From positions 28,275 to 92,274 of the IMG/VR virus record IMGVR_UViG_3300029288_000006: a DNA stretch of 64,000 bases; one strand, given 5' to 3'. Below, one piece after another: positions 19,468-29,088 of this stretch. The number at the start of each line of letters is the position of its first letter. The stretch's first letter is position 1. The stretch comes from a virus (Duplodnaviria; Caudoviricetes). The notes under the pieces are model-generated. The model did no database searches, was not told where the DNA came from, and saw nothing but the letters and a program-made list of their open reading frames with translations. The position numbers and the translations under genes are program-made.

Positions 19468-19799
19468 GGTTTCCTCTCTATACTTCGGGCACTGTCAAAC
19501 CCATCTGGGTATCGCTCGCGCAGTTTTTTGACATTCATCTCAGCAATTTCGTCGAGAGTGAGGTTTATTGCTTTCGCCGCCTGTGCGAGATACCAAAGCA
19601 CATCTCCGAGTTCATGAGCTATCTTGTCTTTTGAAAGTTCATGTCCCTGTGCTGCCCACTTCTTGATATGGTCTGCGATTTCACCGCTTTCACCACATAA
19701 TCCCAAAGAGCACACAATGATTGATACATCAGGCGAGGAGGTGCGATTTGTTTCTGATTGATATTCGTTAAATGTCATGGTTTCCTCATTTCCCCACAT
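19464..19799 (-). CDS. MazG-like nucleotide pyrophosphohydrolase
   Basis: GLCGESGEIAD, HELGDVLWY, N..KL..RYPDGF. Confidence 0.9.
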   Translation of the reverse strand: MWGNEETMTFNEYQSETNRTSSPDVSIIVCSLGLCGESGEIADHIKKWAAQGHELSKDKIAHELGDVLWYLAQAAKAINLTLDEIAEMNVKKLRERYPDGFDSARSIERKP

Positions 19800-20005
19800 G
19801 GAGCGTTGTCGAATGGAACCTCTGGATACACATGACCAACATAGATTGTTCTAAACCAACGTATCACAAAATTGGGTTGAGGTGGAAAACGGACACACCA
19901 ACCATATGCACTATCAAGCATTTGATAATACTTACAACTTTCACAACAATTACCTTTTTGTCCCTCTGGATACATTATCATGCTGATTCCCTCATTTCTT
20001 GTCAT
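19775..20005 (-). CDS. small Cys-rich protein (CESCKYY..GWCVRFPP)
   Basis: Common phage C..C.Y...C.R.PP motif. Confidence 0.55.
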   Translation of the reverse strand: MTRNEGISMIMYPEGQKGNCCESCKYYQMLDSAYGWCVRFPPQPNFVIRWFRTIYVGHVYPEVPFDNAPCGEMRKP

Positions 20006-20720
20006 CGAAGGGTTTAATGGGGATGTGATTGTCCGCGCAGAATTTACGGATAACTGCTATCGTGTTTTCCTCATAGAATCTTTGCCATATCCCCGCAGGA
20101 AAATCCAGTCGTACAAAACCCTGCTTTCCCTCACTTGCGCTCACCTTTCCAACACCCGGAACATAAACAACCCACTTGTCTGGTTCTATTGGCGAAAGAT
20201 TCTCGCGAGAAGTCCAATAACAGAAATTATCATTATATCGTACTTTAATATTAAATTCGGTTTTGTGGTCATCTTCTATTATTGTAACATTTCCTGGGGT
20301 ACGGTAACCCCCACCTGCACCTACCCCATCCCACCAACAAGTTTCTCCGACCTTTGGTTCCCACTTCGGGACGACGCGGAGAATCCAGACCGACCTTTGT
20401 GCACTATCCCAACCAAATGTAATTACTGTACCATGAGTATAAGTACTTTCAGCTACATGCCACTCTTGTTTTGAAGCTGGAACGGTTCTATATTCACCAG
20501 TATATTCAAAGCGCAATCCTTTTGCTTCCTCGGTATGTTTGATGTCTGTCAATTCCCAAATTGGTAGATTACATGGCTCACCTGCGCAATGCTCCGGTTT
20601 GGGTGCTGGCTTGGTAGCCGGTCTCTGCCGTTCCGTATATACCTCATTCGCAATCCTTCTGATGCGCCTGTCAAGTCTCGATGTGGTGCTCATCTCATTT
20701 CTCCTTTCACCTGTTCCCAT
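19992..20720 (-). CDS. hypothetical protein, paralog of 20690-21520
   Basis: Shares GEPCNLPI and WILR.VP..WEPKVG blocks with 20690-21520. Confidence 0.7.
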   Translation of the reverse strand: MGTGERRNEMSTTSRLDRRIRRIANEVYTERQRPATKPAPKPEHCAGEPCNLPIWELTDIKHTEEAKGLRFEYTGEYRTVPASKQEWHVAESTYTHGTVITFGWDSAQRSVWILRVVPKWEPKVGETCWWDGVGAGGGYRTPGNVTIIEDDHKTEFNIKVRYNDNFCYWTSRENLSPIEPDKWVVYVPGVGKVSASEGKQGFVRLDFPAGIWQRFYEENTIAVIRKFCADNHIPIKPFDDKK

Positions 20721-21520
20721 GCCCCAAACGGCAATATAGGAACCTTGCCTTCGAGGACGGAGCGGATGAGATTGTATTCAAGATGTACTGTGTAATAAGT
20801 CATACCCCCGTCTGGGTAAACAATTACCAAGTCACCATCGTCATCCTCATGCGCCAGCAACATCATCCCCGCGACTTCCCCATAGCAGTCATCGAGGGTG
20901 AGACGACGGAGATAATTTGGCATAATCGCAGTTACTACATTATTCATAAAACGTACACATATTGCTCCTTCTCGCAGTTCACTCTGGAATATCCCCACTG
21001 TTTTAGGGTCTACTATTACCGCAATACCCTTAACGAATATATCTTCACACCATACCCACATCCCCACTTTCGGCTCCCATTCCGGCTTGATGGGAACGGC
21101 GCGGAGAATCCATGCTTTAGATGATGGATGATAGTCATCGTATATCGTGCGATAAACTGCACTATCATCCCCATTATTGGTTAAATCCCGTGACTTATAA
21201 AAAGTAGTAGGATGGTCATATACAAAATGATGTGTCTTTGCTAATTTTTGGCAACTATCGTGGATCGGCAAATTACATGGCTCGCCGTCGTAGTGTCGCC
21301 ATGCCCGCTCCACTCGCTCCTGCTCCATCTTCGCTTCGGGAGTCATGGGCATTGGTTCCGTTGTTATCCCTTCCGAGTACACTTCGGCTTCTGCCAATGC
21401 ATTTGCAAGTTCAACTCGCGCAAATGCCAGCCCAACTTCCTTAACACGTGCATCAAATTCATTACAGATTGACTTTACTCGCTTAATCAAATTTGTTTCA
21501 ATTCGCTTAGTCATATTCAT
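20690..21520 (-). CDS. hypothetical protein, paralog of 19992-20720
   Basis: Shares GEPCNLPI and WILR.VP..WEPKVG blocks with 19992-20720. Confidence 0.7.
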   Translation of the reverse strand: MNMTKRIETNLIKRVKSICNEFDARVKEVGLAFARVELANALAEAEVYSEGITTEPMPMTPEAKMEQERVERAWRHYDGEPCNLPIHDSCQKLAKTHHFVYDHPTTFYKSRDLTNNGDDSAVYRTIYDDYHPSSKAWILRAVPIKPEWEPKVGMWVWCEDIFVKGIAVIVDPKTVGIFQSELREGAICVRFMNNVVTAIMPNYLRRLTLDDCYGEVAGMMLLAHEDDDGDLVIVYPDGGMTYYTVHLEYNLIRSVLEGKVPILPFGAWEQVKGEMR

Positions 21521-21789
21521 TCCAATTCTTCCCCATCATTTATTGTTGGAAACATTGACTTGTATGATCATTTCCAGACTTGTAACATTAATTTATCGTA
21601 ACTATACTTTTCATACTCTTCCCACGGTTGTCTCCAATAATTTATACGGCCACTGTTTATTATTTTTCTTACCCTTTTATCTGTAATTTCAATAGCATGT
21701 GTGAAATTTTTGTCTACAAGATTGTTCCTAATCCACATGATAATTGTGCACAGCAATGCGGTTATAAAGAAACACTTTGTAATTATCAT
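21517..21789 (-). pseudogene. small membrane-anchored ORF with an in-frame TGA at 21568-21570
   Basis: The frame stays open for 16 codons past the TGA and ends in an ATGA overlap with the next gene. Confidence 0.45.
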
Positions 21790-22094
21790 TTCAACTCCTC
21801 CCTTGCGGCTTTCATGGCCGCGTCTTTGCGAGCGGTGATGCAGATAGTACCATCGGAGGGACGATATTCGCATTCATTGCATCCCAGGTCATTATGATGC
21901 AAGCATAATTGTGGAGCCATTAACTCTGCCAGCTTCTCCATCGCCTTGTCGCGGACGGCGAGTTCATCTTTTAGGTTTCCGGCGAGATTAGCGAGCCTGT
22001 CACGGATGGTGCTTAGCCTACCATGAGCAGTATGATAGTAATCGCTATTCAACATACTATCTATCGCTGCCAGTACAAATGTTTCGTCGGTCAT
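21786..22094 (-). CDS. hypothetical protein
   Basis: Co-oriented ORF; ATGA-coupled to the downstream gene. Confidence 0.55.
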   Translation of the reverse strand: MTDETFVLAAIDSMLNSDYYHTAHGRLSTIRDRLANLAGNLKDELAVRDKAMEKLAELMAPQLCLHHNDLGCNECEYRPSDGTICITARKDAAMKAAREELK

Positions 22095-22399
22095 CTTCTC
22101 TTCCTATCTTATTATAATAAAAGCGCATTGCACAATCTGACACACCAACAGAAGTGCAGATACAACAGCGATAACGGTAACATTCTTGTCTAAATCCCTC
22201 ACGTATCCCAATATCTCCCGCAGTTGAAATTGTTCCTTTGAATCCACATCTGAGTCCTGTGTGATGGTCATTTTCATTCTCCTTTTGGTGAGCGCGGGCA
22301 GGCGGGCTAACATCTGATACAGACCCTTCGACAGACATCAGATGCCGGGCTCTATTCGGCTTTTGACCTACACCGCGCTCATTTCGTTCCGGGTTTCGT

Positions 22400-22654
22400 T
22401 TAAAACAGAATCTCTCTCAGTTCCGCAATTATCTTGTGAAGTTCCTCGTTGATGTTGTTAATTGCGCCAGGAGTTTCATTAAGAACCGTCATTACCGAAG
22501 GTATTTCTTCAGTTCCTGGTTTATTACATTCAACACAGGGTACTACTCCCCTGAGTTCTCTGATGAGTTCTTGAAACTGAGTAGTGGTTCTGCCCAAAGA
22601 CTTGACTGAATTAAACAATACAAGAGCCTTAGATTCGCGAGATGCTGCTTCCAT
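22400..22654 (-). CDS. hypothetical protein
   Basis: GGGAG RBS, downstream of the tRNA. Confidence 0.55.
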   Translation of the reverse strand: MEAASRESKALVLFNSVKSLGRTTTQFQELIRELRGVVPCVECNKPGTEEIPSVMTVLNETPGAINNINEELHKIIAELREILF

Positions 22655-22673
22655 ATTAGTCTCCCTTCATTAG

Positions 22674-22747
22674 TGACTCCGGAGGGACTCGAACCATCAA
22701 TCACAGAATTGAAAGTCCCGTGGCTTAACCAATTCGCCTACGGAGTC
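22674..22747 (-). tRNA. tRNA-Glu(UUC)
   Basis: Acceptor GACTCCG/CGGAGTC, D arm GGC..TGG..GCC, anticodon loop CT-TTC-AA, T loop TTCGAGT; CCA not encoded. Confidence 0.88.
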
Positions 22748-22766
22748 TAGATTATAACCACCAAAA

Positions 22767-23063
22767 TTATTTTATTATTCTACTCACTTTTGGATTTTTT
22801 ATATTAATCATATTATCTTCTAATTTTTTTACTCGTTTCTTGACATCTGCCAGCTCTCTCGCTTGTGAACATGCCATCGAATCAATATAAGCTGGAGACG
22901 CAGATGACAATAACAATCCAAGTCTTATGCGTTCTTGTTGTAATTTAAAATTCTCAGTATATAGATTTTGTATGGTTATAGTTCTGGATATAGTTAATGT
23001 AAGAAAAAACAACGCAAAACATATTAATACGGAAATAATCCAAAATCTATTAATACATCTCAT
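22767..23063 (-). CDS. membrane-anchored coiled-coil protein
   Basis: N-terminal TM helix followed by a coiled coil. Confidence 0.55.
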   Translation of the reverse strand: MRCINRFWIISVLICFALFFLTLTISRTITIQNLYTENFKLQQERIRLGLLLSSASPAYIDSMACSQARELADVKKRVKKLEDNMINIKNPKVSRIIK

Positions 23064-23354
23064 ATAATATATTCTCCTGATTATTTATTATTTTGGGATT
23101 ATTACGTACCCATGTTTATGCATCTCACTCCATAATTCGGTGGGCATATGTATTAAAGAATATGATTCAAATAAATTACCTATATGGATTGGACATTCCT
23201 CACCACATCTCGAACAGTACTTTATTGTAGCATAATAATCTTCTGCTACAATGCCCCATTTAATGACTGGTTTTCTAACAATAACACTTTTTAACTTCCA
23301 CTTATGACCATATTTCTTGCAAATCCACATCCATAAATTCACGTAGCATTCCCC

Positions 23355-23636
23355 CTAGATTTTTGGTTTAACCAATTCACCTTTAATTTTCATTATAGCC
23401 AATCCAAGTCCCATGATATACCTATCGCTAATTGGTAGATTATTTATTAATCTGTCTAATGTTTCTGCACACACCTCACCCAACCTATTACCTTCAATTG
23501 CGCATGACGCAAATGATTCCCGCAATATTAAAAGTTCTCCATATGGTATACTTGATATATACTCCAATGCATAAAAATATGCCGGATGTGGTTCTCCTGA
23601 AACCAACTCACCTCGTTTATTCGTATTCCCATCCAT
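23355..23636 (-). CDS. hypothetical protein
   Basis: Co-oriented ORF. Confidence 0.55.
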   Translation of the reverse strand: MDGNTNKRGELVSGEPHPAYFYALEYISSIPYGELLILRESFASCAIEGNRLGEVCAETLDRLINNLPISDRYIMGLGLAIMKIKGELVKPKI

Positions 23637-23830
23637 AGTTCTACCTTTTCCCTATCTTTTTTAACGCCTTTTTTATATCGCTTGTAATGGATTTGTCAAA
23701 TATTATTCTATTTCCATCAATAATAATATCTGGGAATAATTGCTTGAGTTTACTTCTGATTACACTATCACCCACGTCAATTCTAATTAAATTCTTACCT
23801 ATATACACATATTCTATTTCCATTTAATAC

Positions 23831-24592
23831 TCAGAATGTAATATTATCTAATGGTTCATCCGGCAAACCTGTTGTCCTGGAATATCTAGAATTTATAGTA
23901 CGGTATGATGAAGTTAAACTGATATTATTGGGTTCTACCCGATAACTATACCCAGATAGTTCAGCGATTTGATCACTAACATCAGTAATATTAACATTAG
24001 TAACACTAACATTATTAACATTATCACTACCAACACCACCTGAATTCCTTGTATCATTGAGAATTTTTTCTACCGCCGTCTCACTCATACTATTAACAAA
24101 ATCATATACCTGTTGTGGAGTGGCTGGTAGAATTATTCCCTTTTTATTAGTTATAAAATTTCCATAACATGCTTCAAAATCATCGCGCAAAGTACATCCA
24201 GACGAACAAAATATTGGGTCTGTAGTTTCTCTTTGCGAAGTAATCAACACTGGAACATGCAATGGATAGTTATGACCCCAATGGTTAGCTAATACTTCCA
24301 CCAATGATAAAATTGGGAATTTTACATTAGTTACCATATCAATAGACAATCCAGAATCATTACTTTTTACTTCTGGTTTAGCAATATTTAACAAATTATC
24401 ACACAGTTGTTTCATTTGAGATATAACATGAAATGGTGTGTTATCCTCGTCATAAGTACTATTAACAAAATCTATATACGCTTGCCTGTATTCCATATCA
24501 AAAATCAAACGCGGATCATAATTGTTAATATCCGCAAATTTCCTAGACATTGATATAACTTTATCTCTTAATGTAGCATTCATCAAATTCAC
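23831..24592 (-). CDS. hypothetical protein
   Basis: 253-aa co-oriented ORF. Confidence 0.6.
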   Translation of the reverse strand: MNLMNATLRDKVISMSRKFADINNYDPRLIFDMEYRQAYIDFVNSTYDEDNTPFHVISQMKQLCDNLLNIAKPEVKSNDSGLSIDMVTNVKFPILSLVEVLANHWGHNYPLHVPVLITSQRETTDPIFCSSGCTLRDDFEACYGNFITNKKGIILPATPQQVYDFVNSMSETAVEKILNDTRNSGGVGSDNVNNVSVTNVNITDVSDQIAELSGYSYRVEPNNISLTSSYRTINSRYSRTTGLPDEPLDNITF

Positions 24593-24840
24593 CTTTCATT
24601 TTTAATTGGGAATTATTTATTGTTTTTTATTTCCATTTGGTTTTATTGGTTCTGCTTTATTTTCGCTTATAGGTTTAACCACACCACACACTGAACATCT
24701 GGCATGATTAGAATGTGACGCACTTCTCTTTATTTGATTAAAAACCCGCATCCCCTTACCGTAAAGTCTATCTTGGAATTCATGTTCGCAAGAGCATCGC
24801 ATAATCATAGAAAAATATCTCCTTTTATTCTGATTATAAA

Positions 24841-24900
24841 TGAGCATGGTCAGGATTCAAACCTGTTAGTATCTCCAATGGATACCTTCACTCCATGCTC
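24841..24900 (-). ncRNA. 60-nt three-armed tRNA-like RNA
   Basis: GAGCATGG/CCATGCTC+A acceptor-like stem, a single hairpin GGTATC-CATTGGA-GATACT, T-like arm CAGG-TTTGAAT-CCTG. Confidence 0.55.
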
Positions 24901-24917
24901 ACGATTATATATTAGAC

Positions 24918-25044
24918 AGGTACGGGTAGGATTTGATACCTACATGAAGAACTCGCTGGTGATTTACGCTATTAGTTATATTGACGAGTTTCGCGTCCCG
25001 TGGTTCTTCTACACCGTTGCGTCTGCCAATTTCGCCACCGTACC
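24918..25044 (-). ncRNA. 127-nt tRNA-Leu-like RNA with an enlarged, non-canonical central region
   Basis: GGTACGG/CCGTACC acceptor, Leu-type D arm TGGCGAAATTGGCAGACGC, T arm GTAGG-TATCAAAT-CCTAC; about 74 nt between D and T arms with no canonical anticodon arm. Confidence 0.65.
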
Positions 25045-25089
25045 TACCTAATATTATTTATTACTGGTTACAATTTTTACTAGGATACC

Positions 25090-25602
25090 TTATTCCAAAA
25101 CCTCAACGCTCTTGACCGAAACGCCGAGTTTGGAAATGAGTTTGGAAATCTGCAACTGGCACATACTACCAACGAAATCCGCAATCTCAGCATCCTTAAG
25201 CAGTTTGATGTGCTTACGCCGGAATGTGAGATTGCCGTCGGTAGCAAGATTACCGGAACCGCCGAAAAACGCGAAAGTATTATTCTCTGGATCAATACAT
25301 ACCAGCGGTGTATTGACTGGATATGCATGACGATCCATATGATCTTTTGCGGTCAGAACCGTACCCTTAACATATTTAAGGGTTGTGCTCCCATTCTCGA
25401 CCAGACCGGTGATCGTACCCTCTGCCGAACCTGTGACTAACTCGAATGCACGAGCCATGATTTCCGCATCATCCCCACTCATATCCCCCAATACACTTGC
25501 GATCTCGGCATTGCGTTTGTTGATTGCTTCACCCGGAAAATAATCTTTTCTCACCTGATTCGTGGCGGTGGTGAGGAACGCCTTCAGAGCTTCGTTTCCC
25601 AT
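25090..25602 (-). CDS. hypothetical protein (GC-richer codons)
   Basis: GGGAG RBS; 170 aa. Confidence 0.65.
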   Translation of the reverse strand: MGNEALKAFLTTATNQVRKDYFPGEAINKRNAEIASVLGDMSGDDAEIMARAFELVTGSAEGTITGLVENGSTTLKYVKGTVLTAKDHMDRHAYPVNTPLVCIDPENNTFAFFGGSGNLATDGNLTFRRKHIKLLKDAEIADFVGSMCQLQISKLISKLGVSVKSVEVLE

Positions 25603-25781
25603 TGAACTTCTCCCTACGTAGGATTAAGTAATAAAAGTAATATAAATCTAGAAAAGTTAATAGATGATATAAAACTAATGGTAAAATAAATAGGTAATTA
25701 GAGTTTACATAATACACCTGCCTTTCTTTACTACATGCAGGACGAAATTACACTTTTCTCATTTAAATGGAATTAATTTCC

Positions 25782-26396
25782 TCATTTATTAAATAATTCC
25801 CATGCATATTTAATAACTTCAAAGATAAAATCATCGTTCATGGAAGTTGGGAGTGATCTATATTCAAATCCATATGGTTTTAATTCATAGAATCCGGGTT
25901 TACGCTTAGAATCTTTGATTATTTTTGAAAATTTCCCATCCATACCTATGATTATTGGAATAAAATCATAGAATGGATAAATAGTAATTGATTTGTCTTG
26001 GACAAATCTCTCTTCATTATGAGAAAAATGTACATGCATACCGGCGTGTTGAGATGCTAATGAATGAAACTCATGATGATATATATTCCTTTCGTCACTA
26101 ATATTTTTACCATATCTACGCTGGAATCCTCTCAACATTTTAGCTGGTATTTTCATGTGAGATTCAGATTTTAAAACCAATTGTTTATGTTCTCGAACAT
26201 CTTGGATAATTGAGAAAACTCTCTTCTTCTCTGCAATATAAAATCCAAATGTTTCATATAAACTACTTCCGGGTTTGCATCTTAGTTCTGCTAAATATCC
26301 ACATTCATCTTGTGGAATAGAATAATCACTTGGAGAAACTATGCTATCATCTTTATCGAATAAAAAATACTCAACTTCAATTCCTATTTTGCGCAT
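25782..26396 (-). CDS. phiEco32-like COOH-NH2 ligase type 2
   Basis: IGIEVEYF, DECGYLAELR, AGMHVHFS, KPYGFEYRSLP. Confidence 0.8.
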   Translation of the reverse strand: MRKIGIEVEYFLFDKDDSIVSPSDYSIPQDECGYLAELRCKPGSSLYETFGFYIAEKKRVFSIIQDVREHKQLVLKSESHMKIPAKMLRGFQRRYGKNISDERNIYHHEFHSLASQHAGMHVHFSHNEERFVQDKSITIYPFYDFIPIIIGMDGKFSKIIKDSKRKPGFYELKPYGFEYRSLPTSMNDDFIFEVIKYAWELFNK

Positions 26397-26631
26397 ATTA
26401 TTATCCTTATTCCTCTAATATCACATCGTTTTCTCTGAATGTTTGAGATGTTATGGTTCCATATCCAGTATCAAACTTATCTTCATTACCATCTTGTATG
26501 CTAGACTCCAGGGTTTTTTCAACCCATGATTTTTCTCCTTCATATATTAATAGTCTGAATACTCGTATTCTCATGACATACTCCTTACAAACGTTACTCC
26601 GTTAGATTTTCTATTGCCTATGCTCCTACTC

Positions 26632-26925
26632 TTACTCTTTAAATACCATGTCTTTTACAAATCCCTCTTTGAATAATTTTCTCTTGCTACCAGCGAACAC
26701 CTTCAAATACAACTCACCATCAACTTCCGTTAGTTCGTATTCATAGTCATAATAACCCCTGCCAACTCCATTAATTCTTTCGGCAAAATCACTAAGGGAT
26801 TTACTCCCACGAGAATCATCAATAATTTCATTACCGTAGCATGATGGATAACCATCTGCACTTGTTTCTGTAGAGGCCAATAAATTACCATGACAATCCA
26901 ATACCTTTAATCTACCAGTTGTCAT
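26632..26925 (-). CDS. hypothetical phage protein (DGYP..G, EYEY motifs)
   Basis: Recurrent phage motif. Confidence 0.55.
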   Translation of the reverse strand: MTTGRLKVLDCHGNLLASTETSADGYPSCYGNEIIDDSRGSKSLSDFAERINGVGRGYYDYEYELTEVDGELYLKVFAGSKRKLFKEGFVKDMVFKE

Positions 26926-26930
26926 AACTT

Positions 26931-27317
26931 TTATTCTCCCCTCCCGAATATCGGTACATTGGAAATTACACCAGAAACACCACGATGACTCTCTTTTTTG
27001 CCCCTTCCCTTAACAACCTTATACTGTAATCCCCATATACTCCTGTCACTGTGAATCTTTCTTTTTAACCACTGATACCTATCATCGAAATGGTCTTTAT
27101 ATTCATCCAACAATAATTCTGTTATCTGACATGACTCCTTCTCTAGCTCAATTCTCACATTATATGGTAATGGCAATACCAGTTTACTCGCCCTAATCAA
27201 CCTGTTAAATATGATCTGTTTTACCGCATCTACCATCTCCTGCGTAAGCTGAATCTGTTTCTTTTCTGGTTGGTATAATATTCCGGGTATTGTCTTGAAC
27301 ATAAAGATAACCCCCAC
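26931..27317 (-). CDS. hypothetical protein
   Basis: Co-oriented ORF. Confidence 0.5.
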   Translation of the reverse strand: MGVIFMFKTIPGILYQPEKKQIQLTQEMVDAVKQIIFNRLIRASKLVLPLPYNVRIELEKESCQITELLLDEYKDHFDDRYQWLKRKIHSDRSIWGLQYKVVKGRGKKESHRGVSGVISNVPIFGRGE

Positions 27318-27441
27318 AGTTAAACTTCAAATCATCCAGAATATCACCAATAATCTCAATGTCTGTCTGAAACATAGTCAAACTCTCCTGATTAAACTAT
27401 TACACCGCGCGAATCTCCTCATAGCATATTGGTTTATAATT

Positions 27442-27900
27442 CTATTCTAAAACTTCTATCCTGTCTACCTCATATCCCGAATCACCAATATAAATTGGCA
27501 TAATATACCATTGAATATAATGGAGTTTAATTTTAATACTATTAGTTCTAACGCTATCGGCAAGCACAATCAAATCAGGTCTTGATTTTCGTATGGTGAA
27601 ATCAAATGGTTCTTGTAATGCTGACATATTGCCAGTTCCTGCCTGTATCTGACCCTCAATGGTTTTAAAAATAATTCCCTTTTCTGCCATCTTAGTTATA
27701 TACCCCGTGCGTTCACCTACGCTATACCCACGGTATAAACCTTCAAATTTTAAGGGGAGATATGCAAACATAGATAACCCAATCCATAGTGGAACTACAA
27801 TACCAAGACTACTAAAAATTTCTCCATCACGTATACCCAACTTGATTATAAAAAATCCACATATCAAAGCAACCAGCGTAAAAAGAATAATAGTAAACAT
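27442..27900 (-). CDS. membrane protein (YS.GER.G..K...KG.IFKT.EG family)
   Basis: Two TM helices followed by a conserved soluble motif. Confidence 0.65.
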   Translation of the reverse strand: MFTIILFTLVALICGFFIIKLGIRDGEIFSSLGIVVPLWIGLSMFAYLPLKFEGLYRGYSVGERTGYITKMAEKGIIFKTIEGQIQAGTGNMSALQEPFDFTIRKSRPDLIVLADSVRTNSIKIKLHYIQWYIMPIYIGDSGYEVDRIEVLE

Positions 27901-28408
27901 ATGGAATCTCCCGTATTATATTGTTTAAACTATTTTTTCTATCTCTCTACTTAATCATCAGTTTCTTGCCAATCTCCAACTCCATACCGTTTCTCGGTTT
28001 GAAGGGTAGAACATCAGAGAACCTATTTTCCCGTGCATATAGAGCCTTTCTGATAGCATTGGCACGGGTAAGAAACGTTGTGGTAGCGAGAATCTTGTGG
28101 TTCTTGTCACGCACTACAAACAGTCCATCAACACCGGGTTTAAGATTCATACCATGTGAATTAACCATTGTGAAACCCTCCAGGAATAAGAGTGAAAGAT
28201 AAAAACCGTTTAATTACTTAAAACTAATTCCTACTTAACCTAAACTATCTAATTTATCCACCAATCTATCATTTTCTTCCTTTAATTCTGTATACTTCAA
28301 CTCACTCTCCAATATCTCCACAACCTCATCAATATTATACAATGGATGTGACTCTAAAATTCTAATCGCACAACGCTCAAGTTCTGGTAGCAAAAGCATA
28401 TCTCCCTA

Positions 28409-28780
28409 TTAACTTACACATGTTAATGTAACCCGCTCAGAATAATACCCATTTGAACTCCCATACCATCTAATCGTTACAGAACCTTTAATAGTGGAGA
28501 GTAAATAAAATGTCCAGGTGAAACTACATTGATTTTGTGGTACTTCTACTCCTTGTGGATTTTCACCTACAAATATAGATTCTTCCGCAATAACAATTGG
28601 TATGCCAATCAAATCATCCAGATCGCCGCATATATCTTCAATATAAACAGATTCACAACAATCTTGTTCATGATACATTTCAAATTTTATTCCATCTACA
28701 GTAGTAAAAATCATCTTTGCATCACCAATTGAACCAATAATACTAGTAAAAGTTTTGCCGACTAAAGATTTAAATTTCAT
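28409..28780 (-). CDS. conserved phage protein (HEQDCCE..SNGYYSE family)
   Basis: HEQDCCESV, WTFY, RWYGSSNGYYSE. Confidence 0.75.
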   Translation of the reverse strand: MKFKSLVGKTFTSIIGSIGDAKMIFTTVDGIKFEMYHEQDCCESVYIEDICGDLDDLIGIPIVIAEESIFVGENPQGVEVPQNQCSFTWTFYLLSTIKGSVTIRWYGSSNGYYSERVTLTCVS

Positions 28781-29010
28781 GTTGATCCCACCCTTCTGAT
28801 AGCATTGGAATTTTTATCCCCCCCATCCTTGCTGGTATTAATACATTCATCACATATCGTCCACGGCCATGAGTTATCTATCAGTATATCGGGAACCCAC
28901 TTACCGCAACACCCACAATGACCACCTATTTGAATATCACTTGTAACAATATCAATAACAATTTCTCGAAGTATTCTTCTTATCCATCGCATCATATTCA
29001 TACCCTCCAT
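28777..29010 (-). CDS. small zinc-finger protein
   Basis: CGCC...CDEC; first gene after the strong promoter. Confidence 0.55.
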   Translation of the reverse strand: MEGMNMMRWIRRILREIVIDIVTSDIQIGGHCGCCGKWVPDILIDNSWPWTICDECINTSKDGGDKNSNAIRRVGST

Positions 29011-29059
29011 ATATATTTACCATCATTTTATCGAATCCGTACCGCGTCTGACGGTTAAA

Positions 29060-29088
29060 ATTATAACACACCGGGAAACCGATGTCAA
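29060..29088 (-). promoter_or_regulatory. perfect-consensus sigma70 promoter at the head of the leftward region
   Basis: TTGACA-TCGGTTTCCCGGTGTGT(17)-TATAAT with an extended -10 TG. Confidence 0.9.

Noticed and set aside
19029-21897. Numerous plus-strand ORFs antisense to the leftward genes (and similar shadow ORFs elsewhere, e.g. 9919-10482, 49435-49944)
   Set aside because: They overlap better-supported genes on the opposite strand, show no recognisable motifs, and are expected where GC is higher.
24918-25044. tmRNA, tRNA-Sec or group I intron-containing tRNA
   Set aside because: Too short, with no tag ORF or group I core, no UCA anticodon, and an acceptor stem lacking the tmRNA/Ala G3-U70 signature.
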